A stretch of DNA of 64,000 nt, taken from Pseudobdellovibrionaceae bacterium (GTDB lineage Bacteria > Bdellovibrionota > Bdellovibrionia > Bdellovibrionales > UBA1609). Made by a program: the position numbers and the translations under genes. This document shows, piece by piece, positions 48,400 to 56,923 of the stretch. The number at the start of each line of letters is the position of its first letter. Position 1 is the first letter of the stretch. The stretch is from NCBI GenBank assembly GCA_018663505.1, contig JABJQG010000020.1, positions 152,152 through 216,151 on the forward strand, read 5' to 3'. The notes under the pieces were generated by a model. The model searched no databases and had not been told where the DNA came from. It saw only the letters and a list, made by a program, of their open reading frames with translations.

Positions 48400-49815
48400 T
48401 TAATCGAGCAAATCATCTAACACATCAGAGATTTCTTTTTTTATTTGCTGATGTCCATTTTTAGAAGCCTCATTTAACGAACTAAATCCGAAATGTTTTA
48501 GAAGCATCTTCCTCTGAGGTAAGCTCAATAGATATCTTATAGCTTGTAAATTTCCTTTGGCTGACATTATATTAAGCACAGATCTATTGCTATTGCCAAC
48601 AGCCAAAATATTTGCCCCACCCTCAATAGCTAGTTTGATCCCCGCTAAATTGTTGTTGTGAGCTTCTAGTAATAGTTCGATATTATTTACATTCTCTGCC
48701 AGCTTATCCATGCCCAAAAGACTGCTATATTCTTCAAGCCAGCCCCCAAGACCCCTAAGACTCCGCGCTCCTTCCCAGTATGCAAGTACAAGCTTTCTAT
48801 CATTAAATTCAATCGAAGAACCGTCACAAGACTGTTTTTCGACCACTGATTCAACTCGAAGCCTTTTACGTTCAGCGGCATTTAAGGTGCTTATCATTTC
48901 TATAAATGCGATCGACTTCTCACTGACAGGTGTATATCTTACTTTTTCAATAATTTCCCAAAAGGTTTTGTACTCAGGTTCATGCATATATGGACCCAGG
49001 CTTTCATAATCATACCCATTATTTATTTTACAATTTATTTCTTCGCCATTAGAAGAAGTGAAGCAAAGTCCACGTCTATAAATAAACATTTTCCTTAGTC
49101 CTAACAAAACCTTATTAATCTCTTTAAGTGTTAGAATATCATGCAAGCTTTTTTCGAGATCATCATACATCCAGCTCAAATGACTCTGTCTTATTTCAGT
49201 GAATGGTATAAAGAATTTTTTAAAGGATTCTCTGGCTTTTCGAGTTAGAGGGCAGATATTTTTAAGGGGAAGGCCTTCAATAATTGGATCCATACTATAT
49301 GCCCTTATGGAAGCTAACGCCTCATGGTTGTTTTTCACTGGTTTGAATAACTCCCAATATACAGAATTAAAATCCACGGCATCATTAGCTGAATTGTAGG
49401 GTTTATTATATGATATGAATTTATTTAAAAGTTTATTTATGAGTTCATCAGAAATACTTTGATAGTTCTTGTTTAAGTTTCTTTTTCTATAAAAATAATT
49501 TAAGTCATAGTAAAGGTTTAAAAGAAAGAAATGATCAGAAAATACATAACCATTTTGATGTGGACTATGTGCGTATGTATGTGCTGAATGCTTCCCTGTA
49601 ATAAAAAAATCTCTGAGACTGGGATCTATGAATTTATCAGGACTATCTGCTCCTAAAGATATAAGTAAATCTCTCCCATTCAAAGTGCGGCTAGAATGCC
49701 CTCGGCCCACCAAGGGTCCTATAACAAAATTTTGATATGATCTATCATAGGCTGTTGCATTTTGTAAAAAGAGAAAGAAGGAGTAAAAAAAGATTAGGTT
49801 AAATTTATAGTTCAT
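48400..49815 (-). CDS. secreted hypothetical protein with C-terminal ankyrin-like repeats
   Basis: 471 aa. Signal peptide ..LQNATA. C-terminal LLEAHNNNLAGIKLAIEGGANILAVGNSNRSVLNIMSAKGNLQAIRYLL is ANK-like. Confidence 0.5.
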   Translation of the reverse strand: MNYKFNLIFFYSFFLFLQNATAYDRSYQNFVIGPLVGRGHSSRTLNGRDLLISLGADSPDKFIDPSLRDFFITGKHSAHTYAHSPHQNGYVFSDHFFLLNLYYDLNYFYRKRNLNKNYQSISDELINKLLNKFISYNKPYNSANDAVDFNSVYWELFKPVKNNHEALASIRAYSMDPIIEGLPLKNICPLTRKARESFKKFFIPFTEIRQSHLSWMYDDLEKSLHDILTLKEINKVLLGLRKMFIYRRGLCFTSSNGEEINCKINNGYDYESLGPYMHEPEYKTFWEIIEKVRYTPVSEKSIAFIEMISTLNAAERKRLRVESVVEKQSCDGSSIEFNDRKLVLAYWEGARSLRGLGGWLEEYSSLLGMDKLAENVNNIELLLEAHNNNLAGIKLAIEGGANILAVGNSNRSVLNIMSAKGNLQAIRYLLSLPQRKMLLKHFGFSSLNEASKNGHQQIKKEISDVLDDLLD

Positions 49816-50097
49816 TCTATCCGTCCAATTTATAAAGGCTTTAAAGTATTCATTACCAATATTTGGAATAAAGTTAACACGAATTGACCTTGATTGTGTC
49901 TGCGTAAAAAGTTCGTTTTATCTTTTTTCTGGTGATTTTTCTTGGGTCGAAGATATTTTGACTATGAAGTCCTGCTTGTAGTCCCCTACTTTTTATCCTG
50001 TATCTATTTAATAGCTCAGCTAAACTGATATGCACAAAACCCAGTAAGCTCTTCTATGAGCGTAGGAGTACCACTTCTATTGATGACTAGACTGTTG

Positions 50098-52236
50098 TTA
50101 ATTTTCTTTTAACAGTCCACTTTGACAGATTTTCTGTTGATACACAGGAAGTAAACTAAAGTTTTTCTTACATGTTGGGAGGTTATTTTTTACTGCTTGT
50201 TTAAATAGCCTTTCACTTTCTGAAGGCGGTTCATTTTCTGCCGTCTGAAAAGGCTTACTTGATCTGTAGAGACTATAGAATTTACTGGGAGTACTTAATA
50301 AATCAATAATAAAATTTTCGTCTTCAGCCTCTGCTGTTTTCACTGAATTACCGTAAGACAAAATTTTATCTGTACCCACGGTAACTCCCACACCTGAATA
50401 CATTGCTACACTATCTGCAGCCAATTGAGATTCATTATTTTCATTATTTTTGTTATAGTTATTTGCAGTAATGGCTGTCCCTGTTGTGATTAAACCTAAA
50501 CTAAGTTTATCCTTACCTGAAACTTTTTTAAATAGGCTACCATCTTTAAATTTACTCACAGGATCCTTGGCCGCTTTTACAGCAGCTAGACTAAAACTTT
50601 TAGCTTTCACTCCCATTGCTTCCATCAGGCGTTGCCCACTAATAGGTTTTATTTTTTTAGCAGTCTCAATGGGCCGAATAATCTTCAAGCCATTACTTAA
50701 TGTACTAAACCCCAGTTTGCCCCATTTAACCTGTGGAAGAAGCGATGCTATGGCAATTAAGGCTCCAGCACTGTCTGAAAGAATATTTCTTAATTCATCA
50801 CTAGATTTTTTATCAGAGACTCGGTCTAAGTATTCACAAAGTTTGTCACTTAATGCTGGATTTATGATAATTGCAGCAATACTTTCGTTGGGATAGTATT
50901 TAAAATTTTCCACTAAACGTTTTAATGAGTCGTCTATCTGACCTTCTATTGAAGTCGGCAGGTAGTCCAGCTCCATCCTTTGAAGGTTTTTTTTTCGAGT
51001 GTTCCTTGGGTTTCGTTTTTTATTAGCATTTTCATTTAAAGAAAGGACTTCATTAACCTTATCAAAGGATTGCTGTGCCTGCTCACTAGAGTAATTCAAT
51101 GCACTTTTTAGTCCTTTTAGTCTTTTCTGTAAGAGTTCTTCATATCTGTGGGCACCATATTCTGGGGCATACTGATCATAACTATGTTCTTGAGTACCTA
51201 TGGAGCCTTGGACCTTAACCCTCTTAATTACTTTTTTCTTTTTTTCATCTTCTAATAAAAACTCAAGCGCAATATTATAAGGAGAATCTCCTAACTCCTT
51301 AAGGATAAGCTTGGAAAGATGACGAGAGTTTCCAATCTTATTACTTACATCTTTTCCATCTACTACAAGATAAGATCTAACCTTTTGAGTAGCAGGGCTA
51401 TAGTCAGCATATGCTTTGCATCGAGGGTAACAACTTAATAACTTTCCATCACCCAATAATTTAAGTTTAACTTTCAATTTTTTATTAAGGGCCTTTAATT
51501 TTAAATTCTCCAATTGGTTCGCAAACTTGGCTATCCTTTCATATCTACTTTCAAAATCTACATGCAGATCAGAAAAATTATCATATTCACTTCCCTGGTA
51601 AAAGTACCCTTCTTTTTTCTCACACGAAAACTCAAAGTAAGTATCTTTTTTTTCGGAATATTTGTATTTCATAAAAGGTCGATCTTCACACTTATTATAT
51701 TTTAAAAACTCATATTCCTCTAAAACAGCACTTAGTGAACTAATATCATTTGCATTCTCAGAAGTAACTGCATCTAAACTTTGTAAGTTAATTTTTTCAA
51801 GATTTATTGCGTCTTCTGCTGGACTTGATAATTCTTCAGAAAATTCAAACTTTATAGTATCTATTTCAACTTGATTGTTCCTGAGGTTTCGTTTATGCAG
51901 CTCACAACTATTATAAGAACCCATTTTGCTAAGGGTAGAAGCGAAACTTTTAAGCTCTTTTCTTGTGCATATCATAAATTTGTTATACAATTTTTCTGAA
52001 AAATTGATCCTCTCCTTTAAATTTTTAAAAAGAGAATATCTCTCTTCGGACTGTTTGCCGCCTTTGGCTTTCAATTTTTCAATTTCCACATCAATTTGTC
52101 TTTTCATTTCTGGCACATTAATTTTTTCAATTGGGTAATTATCAAGAACATGCATTAGAGCTAAACTGTCATCCGCAAAAATTGAATAACTAAAAACTAA
52201 AAAAACTAAAGAGAGTAGGTATTTCCTTAAGAACAT
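50098..52236 (-). CDS. large secreted hypothetical protein
   Basis: 712 aa. Signal peptide MFLRKYLLSLVFLVFSYSIFA. Lys/Glu-rich, no recognised domain. Confidence 0.55.
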   Translation of the reverse strand: MFLRKYLLSLVFLVFSYSIFADDSLALMHVLDNYPIEKINVPEMKRQIDVEIEKLKAKGGKQSEERYSLFKNLKERINFSEKLYNKFMICTRKELKSFASTLSKMGSYNSCELHKRNLRNNQVEIDTIKFEFSEELSSPAEDAINLEKINLQSLDAVTSENANDISSLSAVLEEYEFLKYNKCEDRPFMKYKYSEKKDTYFEFSCEKKEGYFYQGSEYDNFSDLHVDFESRYERIAKFANQLENLKLKALNKKLKVKLKLLGDGKLLSCYPRCKAYADYSPATQKVRSYLVVDGKDVSNKIGNSRHLSKLILKELGDSPYNIALEFLLEDEKKKKVIKRVKVQGSIGTQEHSYDQYAPEYGAHRYEELLQKRLKGLKSALNYSSEQAQQSFDKVNEVLSLNENANKKRNPRNTRKKNLQRMELDYLPTSIEGQIDDSLKRLVENFKYYPNESIAAIIINPALSDKLCEYLDRVSDKKSSDELRNILSDSAGALIAIASLLPQVKWGKLGFSTLSNGLKIIRPIETAKKIKPISGQRLMEAMGVKAKSFSLAAVKAAKDPVSKFKDGSLFKKVSGKDKLSLGLITTGTAITANNYNKNNENNESQLAADSVAMYSGVGVTVGTDKILSYGNSVKTAEAEDENFIIDLLSTPSKFYSLYRSSKPFQTAENEPPSESERLFKQAVKNNLPTCKKNFSLLPVYQQKICQSGLLKEN

Positions 52237-52557
52237 AAGCTCTATTTCGGTGACTTTTTTTTAAAACAAAATAGGCAACAGGAAACACGACTAAGGGCCA
52301 TGCAAATGAAGATAAGGTGTAACCCTGGAACTCTGCCTGTCACCTTTGCTTCACCCGGGAAGACTCTCAACTTGTTATACTGGCTGGACCTCACACTTAC
52401 TACGAAATTCAGTGATTTGGTTGAGTTCTTGAATTACCCCTAATGCTCCTCTAAAAGGGTAATTTCTAGACAGTTTGGTGACAATTATTGGCTTAACAAA
52501 TTAATTGATTAATCCATTAATTTTATTTGAAAATAGCAGGTCTAGAAACAATGTTTA

Positions 52558-52573
52558 TGGCCTTTGCCTTGCA
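52558..52573 (+). promoter_or_regulatory. sigma-54-like -24/-12 element TGGCCTTTGCCTTGCA
   Basis: GG and GC are at the canonical spacing of TGGCAC-N5-TTGCA. Lies about 40 nt upstream of the ATG at 52614. No enhancer-binding protein gene is visible in the window. Confidence 0.3.
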
Positions 52574-52613
52574 TATTAAAATGTATGGTTTTAAACAAAT
52601 TGAGTAAAATGAG

Positions 52614-53777
52614 ATGAATTTAATGACAATAATACCCAATTCTAAAAAAATTAGATGGGTCCTTCTGCTATTTATAGTTTTTTTACAAGCATTACCATAT
52701 AAAGCACATTCTTCTTTAAGTTGTAAGATACTTTTTTCTGGACTTAAAATCTCTGAATTTGGTGATGGAGGGGTTACAGTAAACAATGTCGCTGTTACAG
52801 GAAAATACGAATACAATACCTATACTGTAGCACAAAATCTGAAATTAAAAACAGAAGAACTTACTGAGTGGGCTTCCAATGACTTAAAAGTTCTTTCCAT
52901 AGCTGAAGGGGTTAGTGGCCTATTGCCAACAATGCTAAGTTACGGTGTCAATGCTAAAGCATTAGACTTATGGTACAATGGTAAGGATTACGTTAATAAT
53001 CATATAGGTATTCAAATGTTTGAATTTGTCCAAAATTATAGAAATTACCTAATTCGTGGAGATGCCAGATCAATGCCCATTGAAAGTAATTCTATTGATA
53101 TAGTTCTAAGTCATAGACTTTTTAATAACATAAATAATAATTCTGTAATGGAAGTCGTTTACGATGTCCTTAGAATATTAAAACCTGGAGGAGAAGCTCG
53201 ATTTGATGCTAGTCCTGAAACCGCAAAATACGTTTTGAGAGAATTAGATTTAATTGAACAAAAAGATACAATTTCTTCATTTGAAAATAATTTACTCATT
53301 ATAAAAAAATTAGGTTCAAGAAAGGTTCATGAAATCAGTTTTCCAAAACAGAAGTCCATTCATATTTCACAGATCACACCAATTGTCCTCGATCTTTCTA
53401 TCGAGAGAATTGACAAAGATGACATTGGTTCAATTCATATATCAAAGCTTAGGCCCCTTGAAAAAAAGTCTGATCACCATGAGGATAATTATTCAAAATT
53501 AGACGAATCTATGTTTTCAGATTATTTTTATGTTGCCATGAAGGCAGGTGATATATTAAATATTCATGGGGTTACTAATGAATATGCAAAGGGAATTAAG
53601 ATTTTAACTGAGGCGATTTATGATGGCATTTTTGATATTAAAATTGTAAAAGACCCTTTTATTCCTAAAAAAATTGTTAACACAGATAATAAAAGTATTT
53701 CTGACACAGGGCTAACTGATTTTAGCCATCAGTTTTCTGATTTAGGTATATTAACTATAGAACGTAAAAAAAACTAA
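52614..53777 (+). CDS. class I SAM-methyltransferase-like protein with signal-like N-terminus and unknown C-terminal half
   Basis: 387 aa. VLSIAEGVSGLLP (atypical motif I), SIDIVLSHRLFNNI and VLRILKPGGEARF resemble Methyltransf_11-type blocks. Confidence 0.45.
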   Translation: MNLMTIIPNSKKIRWVLLLFIVFLQALPYKAHSSLSCKILFSGLKISEFGDGGVTVNNVAVTGKYEYNTYTVAQNLKLKTEELTEWASNDLKVLSIAEGVSGLLPTMLSYGVNAKALDLWYNGKDYVNNHIGIQMFEFVQNYRNYLIRGDARSMPIESNSIDIVLSHRLFNNINNNSVMEVVYDVLRILKPGGEARFDASPETAKYVLRELDLIEQKDTISSFENNLLIIKKLGSRKVHEISFPKQKSIHISQITPIVLDLSIERIDKDDIGSIHISKLRPLEKKSDHHEDNYSKLDESMFSDYFYVAMKAGDILNIHGVTNEYAKGIKILTEAIYDGIFDIKIVKDPFIPKKIVNTDNKSISDTGLTDFSHQFSDLGILTIERKKN

Positions 53778-53836
53778 ATTTATTTTTTAGTGATAACCAT
53801 TATCCCATCAAAATAAAAATTTATATTAAAATCTAA

Positions 53837-53886
53837 GTTCCAACTTATTTATGGGATGCAGTGAGTCCCAAAAGTGAGCTGGCACT
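53837..53886. repeat. A1: type A hairpin, degraded left arm
   Basis: Intact loop and right arm: ..TATGGGATGCAGTGAGTCCCAAAAGTGAGCTGGCAC. The left arm reads GTTCCAACTTATTT, about 10/14 identical to the consensus arm. Confidence 0.7.
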
Positions 53887-53924
53887 TTTGCATTTTGGGC
53901 TGTCGAGCATGTAGAAAATACACG

Positions 53925-53940
53925 TTGGCAAACTTGCCCG
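53925..53940 (+). promoter_or_regulatory. P5: palindrome variant TTGGCAAACTTGCCCG, candidate operator
   Basis: 90 nt upstream of the third LRR locus. ACGTTGGCAAACTTGCCCGCAATA matches P2. Confidence 0.5.
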
Positions 53941-54030
53941 CAATAAATTTATAAAAACTTTTCAATTAACCCAAATTAGAATCAACTCGTGTTAGAATAT
54001 GTCAAATTAATTTAAATCAAGGAAAATTAT

Positions 54031-54519
54031 ATGATTAAGATTGTTGTCAGTCTAATAACATTAGTTAATATCTTTGCCTATGCCGACACTGACTACAAAA
54101 TGCAGGTAATATCAAGCCCAAAAAGTTGCTTTGACTATTATGTATGGAACGATGAAGTTAGAATTAGAGGCTTTAAGAAAAATGGGTTTAATAATACGAA
54201 TTGTTTTCCAGACCTTGTTATTCCTTCAGAAATAGATGGGAAAAAAGTTAGTATTATTTAAGATTCTGCGTTTATAGCTAAAGGGCTTAACTCTGTCATC
54301 ATTTCAGAATATGTGATGTATATTGGAGAATGTGCGTTTTGTGACAATATTCATCTTAGCTCGGTGATATTTTCTGATAGTGCCGCATTATCAATAATAG
54401 GAAGATGGGCATTCATAAATACTAACTTAACGTCTGTAGATGTCCCCTCACATGTTTGGTTTAGAACAAAAGGAACTTTTGAAGACGCCGTTATCATAAC
54501 TAGAAGTAACAGATATTAA
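54031..54519 (+). pseudogene. BspA-type LRR paralog interrupted by one in-frame TAA
   Basis: Track ORFs 54031..54261 and 54313..54519 are in the same frame. Read through TAA (54259-54261) the sequence is ..IDGKKVSII*DSAFIAKGLNSVIISEYVMYIGECAF.., a continuous LRR_5 repeat. Confidence 0.7.
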
Positions 54520-54567
54520 TTTTTTATCTGCATTTGTTTTTTTAAGTCAATTATTTGAAGGAGTAAT

Positions 54568-55701
54568 ATGAAACAGTTTAATTTTTTAATTATTATGTTT
54601 ATTGTTTTCTTACTAAACATTAATTCAGCCTATTCAAATGGCAGCTTTGGTATTAGTTACTCAATAAATATGCCGATAATCCCACAAAAGAAGACAATGT
54701 CTGATAGGTTCGCTTTTTATCAATTTCACAGAGAAGCTATGGGGATCAAAGATAAATATATTGATTATATTTGGGATTACTTAAATAAAAATATTGCTGA
54801 AAACCCTGGTCATACAACTTATGACGAAATAAAGTTAGCTTATATAGATATACTCACAATAACTCAAAAAGAGCCAGATTATGATTATAATAGGTGGTTT
54901 CTAGGCGTCTTGAGATCTCATTACTCCGATGAATATCCCCGTGATTCAGAAAAAAGCTTAATGTTAAATGTGAGTTTTGATGTCAGCCGTATCATTGATG
55001 AAGAGTTCCAATCTAAAATGAAAAGCTTAGCTTTTATATACCCCACATGTCGCATTACAGATAAGAGCAAAACAATGGCATTTAAGCTTCTGGATCATAT
55101 TATTGATATGGAGTCAAAATATAGTAATTTTCTTGCTGGGGACTTTGATTATTATGATTTTGGTATAGATCCTATTTTTCGTGCTGCGCACAAAAAAAAG
55201 AAAATGATCCTAGAGTTTTCTAAATATGAAAACTGCAACAAACCCATTGACAATTTTTGGTCACCTGAGTCACGAGTAATTTATGGTTTGGATAAAATAT
55301 TTCGAGATCTACTGGGGGAAGCCCAATACACTATAACTAAGGCACAAACAGGTATAGACGAATCCTCATGGTTTTCTGAAGAAAGGTCTAGTTATAAAAA
55401 AATGTTAGCTCGAGCACAATATCTCCAAAAAGAATTAACCACCTTACCTGAACTCCATACTGAGTATCTCCCAAAGTTTCTTAAGGCTTACGAAGAAGCT
55501 TTGATCGAGAACAAAGACCAAGCAAACATTAAGTCATCATATTCTGAATTTTATAACAAATCTATAAAGTTTTTTTCAAAGATTTCTTCTAAACCAAAAG
55601 ACGAAAGAAACATTGAGCATTGGAGGCAGTCTCTAGAATCTGCAGCTTTAAATGTGGAATCTTATATTAAAGAAATTAAAACAGACTTGGAGAAGAGATA
55701 A
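54568..55701 (+). CDS. secreted hypothetical protein
   Basis: 377 aa. Signal peptide ..NINSAYS. No recognised domain. Confidence 0.55.
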   Translation: MKQFNFLIIMFIVFLLNINSAYSNGSFGISYSINMPIIPQKKTMSDRFAFYQFHREAMGIKDKYIDYIWDYLNKNIAENPGHTTYDEIKLAYIDILTITQKEPDYDYNRWFLGVLRSHYSDEYPRDSEKSLMLNVSFDVSRIIDEEFQSKMKSLAFIYPTCRITDKSKTMAFKLLDHIIDMESKYSNFLAGDFDYYDFGIDPIFRAAHKKKKMILEFSKYENCNKPIDNFWSPESRVIYGLDKIFRDLLGEAQYTITKAQTGIDESSWFSEERSSYKKMLARAQYLQKELTTLPELHTEYLPKFLKAYEEALIENKDQANIKSSYSEFYNKSIKFFSKISSKPKDERNIEHWRQSLESAALNVESYIKEIKTDLEKR

Positions 55702-56114
55702 TGAAAAAAATACTTTTATTTTTTATACTTCTAACAAATGTTGCCCTAGCTAATGAAAACGAGAGTTCTTTCAGACTTAATTGTATGGTTAACTCCGTTC
55801 AAGATATAAGTAATCAAAGTATATATGAAATTCGATATTCCACTTTAAACGAGTCTGATTTAGGAGAACTTTTTAAAAAAAAGATGAAGCTAGTACAGAG
55901 CCCTAAAGATAAAAAAGAGATTGTAGATCTGAAGCTCCCTGTAGGTGAAGAATTTTACAGCATAGCATTACCAAAGGGTGAATATAATTTTCAGCTAAGG
56001 TTTAGCTTCTGTAGAATATATTGTGATGTTTATGATGCGGACAATCCCAATAGGTGTATAGACTGGGAATGTGCGGAAATGGAGAAAACTGAATTCTGCA
56101 GTGAACGTCCTTGA
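55701..56114 (+). CDS. small secreted Cys-containing hypothetical protein
   Basis: 137 aa. Signal peptide ..NVALA. Its start overlaps the upstream stop (TAATG), suggesting co-translation with 54568..55701. Confidence 0.55.
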   Translation: MKKILLFFILLTNVALANENESSFRLNCMVNSVQDISNQSIYEIRYSTLNESDLGELFKKKMKLVQSPKDKKEIVDLKLPVGEEFYSIALPKGEYNFQLRFSFCRIYCDVYDADNPNRCIDWECAEMEKTEFCSERP

Positions 56115-56125
56115 GCCTGCCCAGT

Positions 56126-56208
56126 AAGCTTAGGTGCCAGCTTACTTAAAGCTTAGGTGCCAGCTTACTTATGGGACGCAGTGAGTCCCATAAGTAAGCT
56201 GGCACCTA
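56126..56208. repeat. A2: type A hairpin with tandem duplication of the left arm
   Basis: The 23 nt unit AAGCTTAGGTGCCAGCTTACTTA occurs twice (56126-56148, 56149-56171). Then TGGGAC-GCAGTGA-GTCCCATAAGTAAGCTGGCACCTA. Confidence 0.9.
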
Positions 56209-56480
56209 GCTACAGTAATCTCTCAAGTATCAGTTTCTCAGAGCCTAAAAATAAAAACCTGTTTATCTAAAATTTATTTTCCGTACAAGTACAAATTCGT
56301 ATTCGTAATTGGAATCGTCTATATACTATACGATTTAGAGTCTATCTCCAGTCGCATAAAATGCTATTGGGTTTTGTTCAAGCTTTTTACACTTAGGTAT
56401 TTTTTTCAATTTTAGTAAATTTCCCCACCTAGAGTATTTAAACTTTGCTATAATGCTTAAAACAGTGAATAGGAGTCTGT

Positions 56481-56765
56481 ATGAGAATCATTTTTTCTTT
56501 AGTTTTTATTTTGTTTTCTATTACATCGAATGCCTCTCAGTATTTCCCTGAATGTGGTGAAAAAGCTGAAAGCTATGCAAAATCAATTGTTTCTGTAGGT
56601 CTTGTACACAAAACAGGTTCAGAGTTTTTGGGAAACAGCATGCTATATTCCAAGGAAAGAGAGTTATCCTTTAAAGTTACGATAGAAGGCAATAGCATTT
56701 GGGAAGTTTACGTTACTAAAAATGACTGCTTGCCTTTAAATTTAAGGCTTTTAGAACGTTTATAA
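56481..56765 (+). CDS. small secreted hypothetical protein
   Basis: 94 aa. Signal peptide ..ITSNAS. Extended -10-like TGCTATAAT at 56446-56454. Confidence 0.5.
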   Translation: MRIIFSLVFILFSITSNASQYFPECGEKAESYAKSIVSVGLVHKTGSEFLGNSMLYSKERELSFKVTIEGNSIWEVYVTKNDCLPLNLRLLERL

Positions 56766-56780
56766 ACCTGAACTAAACCA

Positions 56781-56811
56781 CTTGTTTTCCACGAAGGTTT
56801 TCATCGAAAAG
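56781..56811 (+). repeat. C2: second copy of the 31 nt C module
   Basis: Identical to 47126..47156. Here it abuts hairpin B2 directly. Confidence 0.8.
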
Positions 56812-56861
56812 GTACGGACACACTTCTGAGGTGCCGCGTGTCTCAAAAGTGTGTCCGCACC
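56811..56861. repeat. B2: type B hairpin, imperfect
   Basis: GGTACGGACACACTTCTGAG-GTGCCGCGTG-TCTCAAAAGTGTGTCCGCACC. There are two arm mismatches, and the loop region differs from B1. Confidence 0.75.
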
Positions 56862-56910
56862 TAAGTGTACTATGGGACGCAGTGAGTCCCATAAGTGAGC
56901 TGGCACCTAG
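56862..56910. repeat. A3: type A hairpin with truncated/replaced left arm
   Basis: TATGGGAC-GCAGTGA-GTCCCATAAGTGAGCTGGCACCTAG. Only 8 bp of the left arm is retained, and it is fused to the end of B2. Confidence 0.75.
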
Positions 56911-56923
56911 CTACCTAGATAAA

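Noticed and set aside
52290-52440. GC-richer patch in the 50098/52614 divergent region; considered as a riboswitch, sRNA or gene remnant
   Set aside because: Only a ~47-codon ORF with no motif is present. I saw no convincing helices or known riboswitch consensus (SAM, SAH, TPP, cobalamin and glycine compared from memory). It is left unassigned.
42175-53940. P palindrome (TGGGCAAACTTGCCCA / TTGGCAAACTTGCCCG) as a sigma-54 -24/-12 promoter
   Set aside because: The GG and GC dinucleotides are 9 nt apart, against 12 nt between the corresponding G positions in TGGCAC-N5-TTGCA. The site's symmetry fits a dimeric DNA-binding protein better.
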